From positions 29,288 through 93,287 of the forward strand of contig CAWCMR010000018.1 in the NCBI GenBank assembly GCA_963796685.1: a DNA stretch of 64,000 nt, given 5' to 3'. Both the position numbers and the translations under genes were made by a program. The notes below the pieces were generated by a model. It was not told the origin of the DNA and did no database searches. It was given only the letters and a program-made list of their open reading frames with translations. The first letter of the stretch is position 1, and every line of letters begins with the position of its first letter. Origin of the DNA: an uncultured delta proteobacterium. Its GTDB lineage: Bacteria; Myxococcota_A; Polyangia; Fen-1088. Shown here piece by piece: positions 29,596 to 42,490 of this stretch.

Positions 29596-30150
29596 GTGTC
29601 AGAGTTATCGAAACGCTTGTTGGGGTCGACACTGCCAGCTCCCGATGCACGCAAGCGAGTGCCGCTTGCCATCGGAAGTGTGGTCGTTGCCAAGACTCCG
29701 TCCGTCGTGCGGACCGTCCTCGGCTCGTGTGTCGCGGCCATCCTCCACGTTCCCCGCCTGCGTATCTCGGCCCTGTGCCATGGCCAAATGCCTGAGCGAC
29801 ACAGCGATGGACGGTGCCGCGATTCCTGCCCGGGACCTTGCACGGTCGACGTGCCTGACGCGAATGAGCTCAAGTACGTTGCGTGCTGTATTCGCTATAT
29901 GCTGCGCGAGTTGCGCCGGCTCCGGGTCACAAGAAGGGAGATCGTCGCCACGGTTGTGGGGGGGGCAAACGTGGTGAGGAACATCGATTTGCGCTGGTCG
30001 GTCGGAAGTCGAAACGTTGCCGTTGCAATGGCGTTGCTTGAAAGGGAGGGGATTGCGGTCTCCTACTCCGATACAGGTGGGACCAGGGGTAGGGTTATCG
30101 AGCACGTTTCGGACCTGAATCGAACGAAAATCCGGTACCACGAGGAATGA
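29596..30150 (+). CDS. cheD: Chemoreceptor glutamine deamidase CheD
   Basis: TVLGSCVA, CHGQMP, GGANV, VGSRN, DTGGTRGR. Confidence 0.88.
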   Translation: MSELSKRLLGSTLPAPDARKRVPLAIGSVVVAKTPSVVRTVLGSCVAAILHVPRLRISALCHGQMPERHSDGRCRDSCPGPCTVDVPDANELKYVACCIRYMLRELRRLRVTRREIVATVVGGANVVRNIDLRWSVGSRNVAVAMALLEREGIAVSYSDTGGTRGRVIEHVSDLNRTKIRYHEE

Positions 30151-30154
30151 AGCG

Positions 30155-30850
30155 ATGTCTGTACGGGTATTTGAAACAGGGTTAAACCATGTCGCTGAAG
30201 GATTGGCCTCATTGTGCGCGCCGACGCCCGACGCCATCGAACAACTCGCAAACGATTTGCGAAGACTTGCCCTTGCCTCGTCACGGTTGGGCCATGCTGC
30301 ACTGGTCACGGCCGCCCAGGAGGCGGAAACGAGCGCACGTTCCATGATGATCAGCGCGGAGGGCGCCCACGTCGCCTGTGCGCGCTCTCTCTATCAATTG
30401 GGCGACATCCTTCTTCTCGAGCTGCTCCACCAGGCGGAAAGCAAGAGAGTCTTCGTGGAGTCTCGTTGGTTCCTCGAAAGGAAGATCCTCGTGGTCGACG
30501 ACAGTCGCGTCTCTGCCGTCGCGCTGTCCAATGCGTTCGCGGCTCGTGACTTCATGGTACGATCGGTAGCGACGATGGAGGAAGCCCTCACAGAGCTCAG
30601 CTCGTTCTCCCCCACCATTCTCGTCAGCGACGTCCACATGCCGAACCTGGATGTTGCTGTCCTGTGTCGCACCTTCCGAGAGTTGTCCCATGGCCGCCCA
30701 ACTCGCATCGCGTTGGTATCGGGTACGACCGGAGACGAGCTGCAGATCCGTCTGGACGAAGTCAAGCCGGACGCTTTCGTGCCCAAGATGGCCGGAACAG
30801 CATCCGTGGTCCAACGGGTTCTTGAGATGTGGGACGCAATGAACGAGTGA
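30155..30850 (+). CDS. Response regulator with N-terminal pseudo-Hpt-like helical domain
   Basis: REC (ILVVDDS, SDVHMP, FVPK); the N-terminal pattern LRRLALASSRLG..A..E lacks the acceptor His. Confidence 0.7.
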   Translation: MSVRVFETGLNHVAEGLASLCAPTPDAIEQLANDLRRLALASSRLGHAALVTAAQEAETSARSMMISAEGAHVACARSLYQLGDILLLELLHQAESKRVFVESRWFLERKILVVDDSRVSAVALSNAFAARDFMVRSVATMEEALTELSSFSPTILVSDVHMPNLDVAVLCRTFRELSHGRPTRIALVSGTTGDELQIRLDEVKPDAFVPKMAGTASVVQRVLEMWDAMNE

Positions 30851-30962
30851 GGCGGTCGATCCTATCGTCGCGTGGGGTGCGTCGTTCCGATCTGTTGGTT
30901 TCAGCTACGTGTGCGCGATGGTCGCGGCCGGGGCAGTGTCGGTAAGGCGTGAGAATTCCAAC

Positions 30963-30990
30963 TCAAGAACGCCGTCAGACTTTCCGATGT
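30963..30990 (+). promoter_or_regulatory. Sigma-28-type promoter of che cluster 2
   Basis: TCAA-N16-TCCGATGT. Confidence 0.55.
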
Positions 30991-31047
30991 GAAGAGGCGT
31001 GATTGGATTTGATCTTCCCCGCTGTCGGCGGGTGTCGAGGAGCTTGG

Positions 31048-31362
31048 ATGAGCCGCTTTTTGCTGGAGCGTGAGGGCTCTAAGGTCACGGTGACGGTGGG
31101 ACCGGAGTTGGCGGTTTCCTGCGTGCCCGAGCTGCGCGAGCTTCTGTGTGCGGTCCAAGACGATGGGGTGCGGGATCTGGTGCTGGACTTCTCCAAGACC
31201 GTGTTTCTGGACACCGCCGGGCTCAGTTTGTTGCTCGCCACCTGCAATGGATTTTCCCAGAGCGGCCGCTCCCTGAAACTCGCAGGGGTGCAGCCTTCGA
31301 TCTTCCTCTTGCTCCAGACGCTTCGCCTGGACGAACGCCTGAACGCAGAGATGGGGTCATGA
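31048..31362 (+). CDS. STAS domain protein
   Basis: LVLDFSKTVFLDTAGLSLL; SD GAGGAG upstream. Confidence 0.87.
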   Translation: MSRFLLEREGSKVTVTVGPELAVSCVPELRELLCAVQDDGVRDLVLDFSKTVFLDTAGLSLLLATCNGFSQSGRSLKLAGVQPSIFLLLQTLRLDERLNAEMGS

Positions 31363-31374
31363 GGCGTGGGTCCC

Positions 31375-34300
31375 ATGGATGATGAGATTCTGAAAGAGTT
31401 CGTCGCCGAGGCGCGCGAGCACCTTGCAACCATCGAGACCGATCTTCTCGCCATCGAGGACAGTGGCGCCGATATCGACGAGGATCGGGTCAACAAGGTC
31501 TTTCGCGCGGCCCATTCCATCAAAGGGGCAAGTGGCTTCTTCGGCCTCGACAAGATCAAGGAGCTGGCCCACAAGGCGGAGACAGTCCTCGACCTGATCC
31601 GCTCGCGCAAGCTATCGCCCAACGCGGAGATCACCAACCTGCTCCTCGGCGCGTTCGACAAATTGCGGGAAATGGTGAACGACCCGGGCCGAAGCGAGTC
31701 GGCGGACACGCAGAGCTTTCTGGCCGGCCTGGTCAGCCTGGCGCAGTCGAGCGACCCGCGCCCCCATCCCGCTCTCATCGGAACGATCGTCAGCGCCACG
31801 GGCACCGAGTTGCCGGTCATCGTCCAGGACGACACCGTCGAGCTTCCCAAGGCCAAGCCGACAAGCACGCCGAGCTACGTCTACGAGGTAGAAGCTCGAT
31901 CTGTTTGCCGACGTGGAAAAGCAGGGTAGGACCCTGAGCGAATTCATCGACGATTTGCGCAGTGCCGGGGAAATCGTGGATTGCAGCGTCGATGGTGACG
32001 GTCCAGGATCCCTGGAATCGCCGGGCGGCAGGAAGCTGCCCACCAAGATGACGTTTTCGAGTCGGTCGAAGATCGACGCGACTGCGGCGCCATTCTTCAT
32101 CAGCAACAACCAGCTCAAGTTGCTGAGCGGTCCGGCCGAGCCATCGCTTGTGTCCGAGCCCGCAGTCGGGGAGCCTACATCGTCGGCGCCCGTCGTTGCA
32201 CCCGGTCCTCAGGAGGCACGGCCGTCGCCCCCTCCGTCGAGGACGACGGGGACCGCGCCCTCGCCCTCCGCCAAGGAAGGCGCCGGCGAGGGCACGCTGC
32301 GGGTCAGCGTCCAGCTGCTCGAGTCGCTGATGAATCTGGCCGGCGAGCTGGTGCTCAGCCGAAACCAGCTGCGCGCGGTCCTGAACCAACACAAGCTTCG
32401 CGGGGTACAGGCCAGCTTCCAGCGCATCAACCTGGTCACGTCCGAATTGCAGGACGCCATCATGCAGACGCGCATGCAACCCATCGGGAACGTATTCGCC
32501 AAGTTTCCGCGGGTCGTGCGCGACATGGCCAGAAATCTCAAAAAGGACATCCAGCTCGACATCCGCGGCAAGGACGTGGGGCTCGACAAGAGTCTGATCG
32601 AGGGGCTGTCCGATCCCCTGACACACATGGTCCGCAATGCCGCGGATCACGGCATCGAAAGCGTCGAGGAGAGGTTGCGTGTCGGCAAGCGCGCGACCGG
32701 CACCTTGCGCATCGAAGCCCGCCATGAGGCCGGGCAGGTGGTGCTGGAGATCGCGGATGACGGCAAGGGACTCGATCCGGCCAAGATCGCCGCTGCGGCG
32801 GTCACGCGCGGGCTCGTCTCGCCCGAGGCCATGCAAGGCATGTCCGATCAGGAGAAGATGCACCTCATCTTCTTGCCCGGTCTGTCCACCGCCGAGAAGG
32901 TCACCGACGTCTCAGGCCGTGGTGTGGGCATGGACGTGGTCAAGACGAACTTGGCTCGCCTGGGCGGCAAGGTCGACATCGAGTCGGAGGTTGGGCAGGG
33001 GACGCTCTTTCGCATCAAGCTGCCGCTGACCCTGGCCATCATTCCTTCCTTGGTGGTCAGCGTGAACGACGAGCGCTTCGCCATTCCGCAGATCAGCGTG
33101 GTGGAGCTGCTGCGTATTCGCGCCGAGAAGGTCAAGGAGCGCATCGAGGTCATCGGCGACGCCGAGGTCCTGGTGCTGCGCGACGAGCTCATTCCCATCG
33201 TGCGTTTCGCGGACCTCCTCGATATCAAGCGCGTGCGTCTCGATTCGGACACGGGCGAAGCCAGCGACGAGCGCCGCGGGCGACTCGCGGACAGGCGGTC
33301 TTTCGCCCACGGGGACGACGGTGCCGCACGAGTGGATGCCATCGAACAGCGACACGGCCGCGATAGGCGACAAAGCGCCAGCAGCGATCTCGAGATCGTC
33401 GTCGTCAGCACGGGCGCCATGAAATACGGCCTGGTCGTTGACTATTTTCTCACCGGCGAGGAGATCGTGGTCAAACCGCTCGGTCGCCACCTCAAGGGAC
33501 TACCGGAATACGCCGGGGCCACCATCATGGGCGATGGCACGGTGGCGTTGATCGTCGATGCGGCCGGACTCGCCGCCAAAGCGCAGCTCGCGAACGTGGC
33601 CGCGTCGGCCCGCGAGGACGAGGTCGAGACCACGTCCGAGAAGCTGGTGGAGAATCGCTCGTTCCTGCTCTTCAACAACGGTCGCGAGGAATTGTGCGCC
33701 ACTCCGCTCGAAAGCGTGGTGCGCGTGGAGAAGGTGACGCGCAAGCAGGTCGAGAATGTCGGCGGTAAGCGCACCATGCAGTACCGCGGAACCTTTCTGC
33801 CCCTGGTCACGCTTTCGGACGTTGCCCGCGTGGGGAGCATCGACGAGGAGCAAGAGCTGGCGGTCATCGTGGCCAGGCTCGGGGAGCGTGAGGTCGGACT
33901 GCTGGCCGCCATGCCGGTGGACGTGATCGAAACCAAGGCCATCGTCGACACCGTCACCCATCGCCAGACCGGCATCGCCGGCTCGACCATCATGCGCGAT
34001 AGCACCGTGCTGGTGGCCGACATCTTCGAGCTTGCGCAAACCATGTTTCCGGAGTGGAGCTTGCAGCGCACTTCGGAAGCGCGGGCGTCGCAATCGAGCT
34101 GCGCGGTGGTTCTGGCCGAGGACTCGGATTTTTTTCGCGCCCAGGTAAAACGCTACCTGGAATCGGGCGGCTTCGCGGTGCTCGAGGCCGAGGACGGCGA
34201 AGCGGCATGGAAGCTTCTGCAGGAGCACGGGGACACGGTCCAGGCCCTGGTGACCGACATCGAGATGCCGAACCTGACCGGCCTGGGGCTGGCTTCGCGC

Positions 34301-34522
34301 GTGCGCCAGGACGCAGTCCTCGGCCACCTGCCCATTCTGGCGCTCACAAGCTTGGCCAGTGAGGAAGACATCGCCAAGGGTAAGGCCGCGGGCGTGGACG
34401 ACTATCAGATCAAGCTGGACCGGGACAATCTGCTCACCGCCCTGCGGGCGTTGTTGGCCGCGCGTGGTGTGGACGCGCCGAACGGGCAGGCGGCGGAGCA
34501 AACGCAAGACGGCGCCAGCTAG
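31375..34522 (+). CDS. cheA: Hybrid CheA (Hpt, kinase, two CheW domains, REC), +1 frameshift at ~31892
   Basis: FRAAHSIKG, HMVRNAADHG, SGRGVGMD, a second CheW-like domain and C-terminal REC. GAAGCTC->GAGCTC restores 1048 aa. Confidence 0.92.
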
Positions 34523-34552
34523 TCGACCGGAACGGAAGGAAGCGAGGAAACG

Positions 34553-36230
34553 ATGAACGGACTGGCGAATATGCGAATAAGAAAACGGCTGTTGGTCGCC
34601 TTCGGGGCCATGACTTTGTTGATGGCGGCGATCACCCTGGCCTCGATCTGGGCCCAAAATGCGCTCAGCGAGATCGACGCGAGCTCGTCCGAAGCGCAGC
34701 AACGCGCCTTTCTTGCGGCGCAGGCTTCCGAAAACATGACTGGAGTTGGCCGTGAATTGGCTGTCGCGCTGCTCATTCACGATCGAGCCCAGAGGGAAGA
34801 GCGGCAGGATAGGCTGCGCTCCTATCGGGATAACTACCGAAGAAATCTCGAGGATCTCAAGACATTGAACCCTTCCGCAAAGGAACGATCCCTGCTCGAC
34901 CACATAGCGGAAGTCATCGTTGAAGCCAAAGAGGTGAATCAGCGTGTTGCGAAACTCGCGTCGGTTGGACAGGATGCCGAGGCGGCGAGTTTGTTCCTGG
35001 CGTCCAGCTTCCCCAGCATGGACAAGGCAATAGGGATCGCCAATGAGCTGAAGGATGCAGGTGCTCTCGGGGTCAAGGAGGCCCAGGAGAAGGCGCGGGT
35101 CTTCATGACCTCGACCCGACGGATTCTCATCGCATTCGGTTTGGTCGCGTTGGCACTGGCTGCATTCTTTGGCGTGTCCATCACGCGCTCGATTTCCGGC
35201 CCCATCAACATGACGGTGAAGACCCTGTCCGAGGTCGCTCAGGGCAACTTGAAGGCTGAAACGACCCCCGATCTCCTGCTCCGCAAAGACGAGGCCGGCG
35301 ATCTGGCGCGCAGCACGCAGGAGCTGACCAAGAACCTGCGCTCGATGATCGGCGAGGTGGGAAGCGGGGCGGATGCTCTGGCCATGGCATCCGGTGAGAT
35401 GACCACCGTCGCGGATGGTTTGTCGACCGGGAGCAAGGACGTGGCGGGCATGGCCAACACGGTGGCGGCTGCGGCCGAGGAGTCCAGCGCCAACACCACG
35501 TCCGTGGCCGCCGCCATGGAGCAGACCACGACCAACCTGACCTCCGTCGCCAGCGCTACCGAGGAGATGAGCGCGACGGTCGGCGAAATTGCCTCCAACG
35601 CGGAAAAGGCCCGCGCTATCAGCGGCGAGGCCTCGGAGCAGGCCCAGGCCATCTCGGCCATGATGAAGGAGCTGGGACGCGCGGCACAGGACATCGGCAA
35701 GGTCACCGAAACCATCACCAGCATTTCGGCGCAGACCAACCTCTTGGCTCTCAACGCCACCATCGAGGCCGCCCGCGCGGGCGCGGCGGGCAAGGGCTTC
35801 GCGGTGGTGGCCAACGAGATCAAGGAGCTGGCCCAGCAGACGGCCGCCGCCACCGAGGACATCAAGTCCAAGATCTCGGGCATCCAGGCCTCCACCGGCG
35901 GCGCGATGGGCGACATCGAAAAGATTGCCCACGTGATCAAGGAGGTCGGCGATATCGTGGCTTCCATTGCGGCGGCCATCGAGGAGCAGTCGACGGTCAC
36001 GAGGGACGTTGCCACCAACATCGCCCAGGCCAGCATGGGCGTGAAGGACGCCAACGAGCGGGTTTCGCAGACCGCCAGCGTGTCGCAAGGCATCGCCAAG
36101 GACATCGCCAATGTGAACACCACGGTGGCGGCGTTGGTCAGCGGTTCCGAGCAGGTCCGCGCCGGCGGTTCGGAGCTCACGGGCCTGGCCAAGGAGCTCG
36201 AAAGAGCGCGTGGGCCAGTTCAGGATCTAG
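34553..36230 (+). CDS. MCP (cluster 2), +1 error near the 3' end (~36200)
   Basis: 2 [23 protein letters not shown]. Removing one base gives ..ERVGQFRI*, ending 3 nt before cheW. Confidence 0.93.
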
Positions 36231-36233
36231 GGT

Positions 36234-36722
36234 ATGGCAGTCATGGCTGCGCAGGCGAACCAAGATAGCCAACTGCTGGTCACCACGTTCCTGGTGTCGG
36301 GCTCTCTTTTCGGGTTGGACACGTCCATGGTTCAGGAGGTCGTGCGCCTGACCTCCGTGACCCCGGTCCACCACGCGGCACCGTGCGTGGTCGGGGTCAT
36401 GAACCTGCGTGGCCACATCTCGACGGTCATCGATTTGCCGGCGCGCCTCGGCCTCGGGCGCGCGGATCTTTCGGGCGACAAGCGCATCATCATCGTGGAG
36501 TGGTCGGGCGAACGCGTGGGACTGGTGGTGGACACCATGGAGGAGGTCCTGTCGGTGGATCGCGAAGCCATCGGGCCTGCACCCGAGAACGTGCGCGCGG
36601 CCCAGAGTCATCGCATGCAGGGCGTGTTCCGCAATGGCGACCGGATCGTAGCCATGCTGGATCTGGACAAGGTGCTTTCCCTCGAAGGCGACAACGAAAA
36701 GGGTGCGGCCACTCCAGCGTGA
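36234..36722 (+). CDS. cheW: CheW (cluster 2)
   Basis: [18 protein letters not shown]. Confidence 0.93.
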   Translation: MAVMAAQANQDSQLLVTTFLVSGSLFGLDTSMVQEVVRLTSVTPVHHAAPCVVGVMNLRGHISTVIDLPARLGLGRADLSGDKRIIIVEWSGERVGLVVDTMEEVLSVDREAIGPAPENVRAAQSHRMQGVFRNGDRIVAMLDLDKVLSLEGDNEKGAATPA

Positions 36723-36785
36723 GGCGCGGCCATGCGAGACGGGAACGCGCTCGGCATGCGCCGGCAACGCTGAGGGAAGGGACGG

Positions 36786-37895
36786 ATGGCGCTTCGAGTC
36801 TTGGTTGCGGATGATTCCTCGGTGTTTCGGCGAGCCATCAGCGAGGCCCTGGCGAGCCTTCCCGACGTGGAGGTCGTGGGCAGCGCCCCGAACGGCAAGA
36901 TCGCCCTGCAGAAGGTGATCGATCTCCAGCCCGATCTCCTGACTCTCGACATGGAGATGCCGGAAATGGACGGGTTGGCCGTCCTCGAAGCGCTCAAGCA
37001 GGCGGGCCGCACGACGTCGGTCATGGTCATCAGCGCGGTGACCTCGCGCGGTGGGCGTCTCACCATGCAGGCATTGGAGAAGGGCGCCTTCGACTTCCTG
37101 ACCAAGCCGCAGGGCAAGGACGCCGCAGAGAGCAAGGCCATGATGGTGCGCGAGCTGGCGCCGCGGCTACGGGCGCTTGCGCACCGGCGGCAGATCCGCA
37201 ACATCCTTAGGCCCGGTGCGGGCGGTATTGCCCCGCCCATGTCGTCGAGCTTGGCGACACCGCCCGTGCAGCGTCCCGCGCGCGAGGGCATCGCCCGTGT
37301 TTCCGCCGGGACGCCGGAGATGGTCCTGATCGGGGTATCGACCGGCGGTCCGGCGGCGCTCGCGCGTCTGCTGCCGCTTCTGCCCAAGGATTTCGGCGTG
37401 CCGGTGGCCGTGGTTCAGCACATGCCACCCATCTTCACGCAGTCGCTGGCCGAAAGCCTGTCCGGCAAGTGCAGCCTGCGAGTACGCGAGGCCGCCGACG
37501 GAGACAAGCTGGAGCCGGGGTCGGTGCTGCTCGCACCAGGGGGGCGGCATATGCGCCTGGCACCCTGCCCGGGCGCCCTTGCCCACGCTCAGATCACCGA
37601 CGATCCGCCCGAGAACAATTGCCGGCCAGCCGTCGACTATTTGTTTCGATCGGCCGCCAACAACTTTCCCGGGCGGGCCATGGCGGTCATCCTGACGGGC
37701 ATGGGCAGCGACGGCACGCTGGGATTGCGATTGCTCAAGCGACGCGGTTGCTTCACCATTGCCCAGGACGAGGCGTCCTCGGTGGTGTTCGGCATGCCCA
37801 AGGCGGCCATCGAGGCCGGCGTGGTCGATCTCGTCCTGCCCCTGGACGCCATCGCGGCCCGGATCCTGGCTGCGGTCAAGGGGCGGGGGACGTGA
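36786..37895 (+). CDS. cheB: CheB (cluster 2)
   Basis: REC plus GVSTGG, QHMP, CRPAVD and LTGMGSDG. Confidence 0.95.
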   Translation: MALRVLVADDSSVFRRAISEALASLPDVEVVGSAPNGKIALQKVIDLQPDLLTLDMEMPEMDGLAVLEALKQAGRTTSVMVISAVTSRGGRLTMQALEKGAFDFLTKPQGKDAAESKAMMVRELAPRLRALAHRRQIRNILRPGAGGIAPPMSSSLATPPVQRPAREGIARVSAGTPEMVLIGVSTGGPAALARLLPLLPKDFGVPVAVVQHMPPIFTQSLAESLSGKCSLRVREAADGDKLEPGSVLLAPGGRHMRLAPCPGALAHAQITDDPPENNCRPAVDYLFRSAANNFPGRAMAVILTGMGSDGTLGLRLLKRRGCFTIAQDEASSVVFGMPKAAIEAGVVDLVLPLDAIAARILAAVKGRGT

Positions 37896-38743
37896 ACCGG
37901 CTGGACGACAACGAGTTTCGCCTGTGGGCCAGCTACGTCTACGCGCTCACCCGCATCACGCTCGATGGCAGCAAAGGCTACCTGATCGAGACCCGCCTCG
38001 CGTCCCTGGCGCGCGAGACGGGTAGCCAATCCTTCAAGGAGCTGCTCGCCAAGGTGACCGCGGACGGCTCGGGCGCGCTCAAGCGCAAGGTCATCGGGGC
38101 CATCACCACCAACGAAACTTCCTTCTTCCGCGACAGTTCGCCTTTCGAGATGCTGCGCCACAAGATCCTGCCCGACCTGGTGGACGCGCGAAGGCGGCAA
38201 CTTGGCAAGAACCGCGCGTTGACCTTGCGCTTCTGGAGCGCGGCTTGCTCGACCGGGCAGGAGGTCTACAGCACGGCCATCGTATGCAAGGAGACACTGC
38301 CCGATCCGAACCAATACGACGTACGCATCCTTGGAACGGACATCTCCGACAGGGTGATCGCGCAGGCCAGCGCGGGCAAATACACCAGGCTGGAGGTCGA
38401 TCGGGGCTTCCCGCCCGAAAAGGTGGCGACGTATTTCCAACCGGATGGCTCCGATTTCAAGGTGCGCGATTCCATCCGCGCCTCGTCCAGCTTCAAGAGC
38501 ATCAATCTGCTGGAGCCGCTGTCCTTCCCGTACCGGTTCGACGTCATCTTCTGTCGCAACGTGGCCATCTATTTTTCCGATCCCGACAAGCGGCGTCTCT
38601 ACGACGGCCTGGCCCGCGTCTTGGCCCCCGATGGCTACCTCATCATCGGGTCCACCGAATCCCTGACCGGCATCTGCCCGCGCTTCGAGCCCAAGCGCTA
38701 TTTGCGGTCGGTCTTCTATCAACTCGTGCCCGGCGCTTCTTGA
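37892..38743 (+). CDS. cheR: CheR (cluster 2)
   Basis: GTGA overlap with cheB; TTNETSFFRD, WSAACSTGQE, IFCRNV. Confidence 0.95.
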   Translation: MNRLDDNEFRLWASYVYALTRITLDGSKGYLIETRLASLARETGSQSFKELLAKVTADGSGALKRKVIGAITTNETSFFRDSSPFEMLRHKILPDLVDARRRQLGKNRALTLRFWSAACSTGQEVYSTAIVCKETLPDPNQYDVRILGTDISDRVIAQASAGKYTRLEVDRGFPPEKVATYFQPDGSDFKVRDSIRASSSFKSINLLEPLSFPYRFDVIFCRNVAIYFSDPDKRRLYDGLARVLAPDGYLIIGSTESLTGICPRFEPKRYLRSVFYQLVPGAS

Positions 38744-38747
38744 AACG

Positions 38748-38767
38748 CGGACTTCGCGAGTCCGTTT
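38748..38767 (+). terminator. Probable intrinsic terminator
   Basis: CGGACT-tcgcg-AGTCCG-TTT immediately after cheR. Confidence 0.5.
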
Positions 38768-38852
38768 ATCTCCAGGCTTCGCTGTAACGCGCCACCGGCT
38801 ACCGGCATCCTAGGTGTGCCCAGCAGGGTCGCTGGTGAAAGGGTAATAGAGC

Positions 38853-41075
38853 ATGGCTTCGATTTCGTACCGTCAAGGGGATCCATCGAATACTGGCAAC
38901 CGGGTAGATTTCGATTCGAGAGGGGGGGCGATAACAGCCCTCGCAAGTCTCCTTTTCGCGGCGGCACTGTTCGGGCCGGTGCTCCAAGGGTGCGGCGGAT
39001 CCAGCGGCGGCTCGCCCAAGACGCCGCTGTGCGTGCGCGCGAGCGATTGCACCGGGACCCTGGTGTGTATTCAGAACTTCTGCGTTCAGCCGTGCGAGTC
39101 GTCGAAGGATTGCTCGAATGGTGAGCGGTGCATTAAGGCGACGGGAGGCAATAGCTGTCAACCCCCTGAGAAGACGAGCTGCACATACACCAGCGACTGC
39201 ACCATCCCGCTCGTTTGCGGCGTAGACCTGCAGTGCCGCAGCCAGTGCCAAGCGAACATCGACTGCCTGGCGGGTCAGGTGTGCACATCGGTCAGCAAGC
39301 TCTGTGCCGATCCAACTGTCGACAAGGGCACCTACGACCCCACGACCAACGACTTCAAGGTCACCACTTCTATCGACGGTGGTTCGATGGATGCCGGAGC
39401 CTCGATGGACGCGCCTTTGGGCACCCCCGATACCAGCATTGCTGGGCAAGAGGTGGGCCACCCGGAGGTGGGTCCGATCGATTCGTCCGCAGTCGACACG
39501 CCGACACCCGGACCTGACACTGCGGGTGTCGTCGACGTCTCGCCCAACTTCGACGGCCCGCCCGTGCTCGTGAACGGCGTGGTGGTGACGCCCAGCCCGT
39601 CGGTCCGCCAGGGACAGATCAACGTCACCGTAACCATCACTCGGGCCGCGGGCGGCTTGGCCAGCGCGGGATCCTTCGACATGGGAGACCTGACCGCCCG
39701 CGCGCAGAGCGACAGCACGGACACCTCCTTGGTGCTCAAGGTTTCCGTGCCCCACGGCGCGCCGCTCGGGAAGCGAACCTTGAGGTTCGTCACTTCCTCG
39801 GGGGTGGTGACCGCCAGCGACGCCGTGGAAGTCACCGCGATTACCGCCGGACCGACGGGGGCGGATACCAACGCCGGATCGGCCGCTTCTCCCTTCCTTA
39901 CCCTCAAGCAGGCCATCCTGGTCGCGGACGTGGGCGACACCGTTCACCTGATGGACGGCACCTACAATACCAGGGGCGGCGAGACCTGGGGCTATGTCAT
40001 TCCCAATAACCTGACCATCGTGGGCGATTCCACTGCCGGGACCGTCGTCGATGGCGTGGGCGCGACCAACAATCCGAACGGAATCAATGCTTCGACGGCG
40101 GTCACGCTGCAAACGCTCACCCTCCAGCATTTCTACTACGGGATCGACATGCAAAAGCCATCGAGCACGCTGACGATGCAAGACGTGGTTTTGGGCGGAA
40201 ATTCAAGCAACGCGATCTACGTCGAGCAGGCGGCGACCGGTTCCACGGTGAACGTCCTGGGCAAGAATAGCCTTGTCGATCAGCCGGGGCAGACCGCCAT
40301 CAGCGTGTACAACGTCCCCAACGTGACGGTGAACATCACTGACGCGACCCTGCAGGGAGGCAGCCAAGTCGTCTACTTCGCCTACAACTGCTCGGCGTGC
40401 AAGCTCAACGTCTCAGGCGGAACCATCAAGCAATTGTCGAATTCCAGCGCGATCTACATGGGGGTAAGCTCCAATGCGGTCGGAAGCGCGGTCGTTCTCG
40501 ACAAGGCAACCATCGTCGGAAACATTTCGGACAGCGACGCCAAGGGCAGCATGACCATCACCGGATCGACCATCACGCAGAAGTACGGCAATGGCATCGA
40601 CTTCTCGGCGCTTGCCCTGACCATGGCCAATACGACCCTGACCATGAATGCGGCCACCGACAACGGGATCTATTTCTCCGGAACCCAGGCCTCGATGTCC
40701 TTGACTGGCGTCACGATCAGCGCCGGCGGGTACGGAATCAGACAGCTCGGCACCGGTAGCAGCGCCAAGCTGCGCGGTACCACCATCACGGGCACGGCCT
40801 ACGACGCTTACTACTTGACCGCGGGCGACCTCGACCTGGGCACCGCAACCGAATCCGGGGACAACACGATTGGAGCGCCTACCAGCACCTCGTACTGGTG
40901 CCTCGATATCTCGCGCCCACAAGGTGCCAGCGCGGGGAACCCGGTAACCTGCAGCGGGACGACGCTGAATGGACAGGCGCCCAGTCCCGGAACCATCGAC
41001 GCCTCCTCGGGGACGATCAACCTGGGGCCGCAACGGTACTACGTGTCGACCGGTAACAAGCTGGTCTTCTACTAG
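38853..41075 (+). CDS. Surface lipoprotein: Cys-rich repeats, low-complexity linker, Ig-like and DUF1565/beta-helix domains
   Basis: Lipobox-like VLQGC; C-x3-DC repeats; GADTNAGSAASPFLTLKQAI..GDTVHLMDGTY; T/S/N-rich beta-helix. Confidence 0.72.
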   Translation: MASISYRQGDPSNTGNRVDFDSRGGAITALASLLFAAALFGPVLQGCGGSSGGSPKTPLCVRASDCTGTLVCIQNFCVQPCESSKDCSNGERCIKATGGNSCQPPEKTSCTYTSDCTIPLVCGVDLQCRSQCQANIDCLAGQVCTSVSKLCADPTVDKGTYDPTTNDFKVTTSIDGGSMDAGASMDAPLGTPDTSIAGQEVGHPEVGPIDSSAVDTPTPGPDTAGVVDVSPNFDGPPVLVNGVVVTPSPSVRQGQINVTVTITRAAGGLASAGSFDMGDLTARAQSDSTDTSLVLKVSVPHGAPLGKRTLRFVTSSGVVTASDAVEVTAITAGPTGADTNAGSAASPFLTLKQAILVADVGDTVHLMDGTYNTRGGETWGYVIPNNLTIVGDSTAGTVVDGVGATNNPNGINASTAVTLQTLTLQHFYYGIDMQKPSSTLTMQDVVLGGNSSNAIYVEQAATGSTVNVLGKNSLVDQPGQTAISVYNVPNVTVNITDATLQGGSQVVYFAYNCSACKLNVSGGTIKQLSNSSAIYMGVSSNAVGSAVVLDKATIVGNISDSDAKGSMTITGSTITQKYGNGIDFSALALTMANTTLTMNAATDNGIYFSGTQASMSLTGVTISAGGYGIRQLGTGSSAKLRGTTITGTAYDAYYLTAGDLDLGTATESGDNTIGAPTSTSYWCLDISRPQGASAGNPVTCSGTTLNGQAPSPGTIDASSGTINLGPQRYYVSTGNKLVFY

Positions 41076-41099
41076 ATGGGGCAGGGCGCGGCCTGACCC

Positions 41100-42482
<1,383 letters not shown>

Positions 42483-42490
42483 GTGACATC

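Noticed and set aside
22588-34522. Programmed frameshifting or phase variation of both cheA genes
   Set aside because: No homopolymers or slippery sequences, and the same error signature appears in unrelated genes.
36231-36268. MCP C-terminal extension overlapping cheW
   Set aside because: Artefact of the extra base near 36200.
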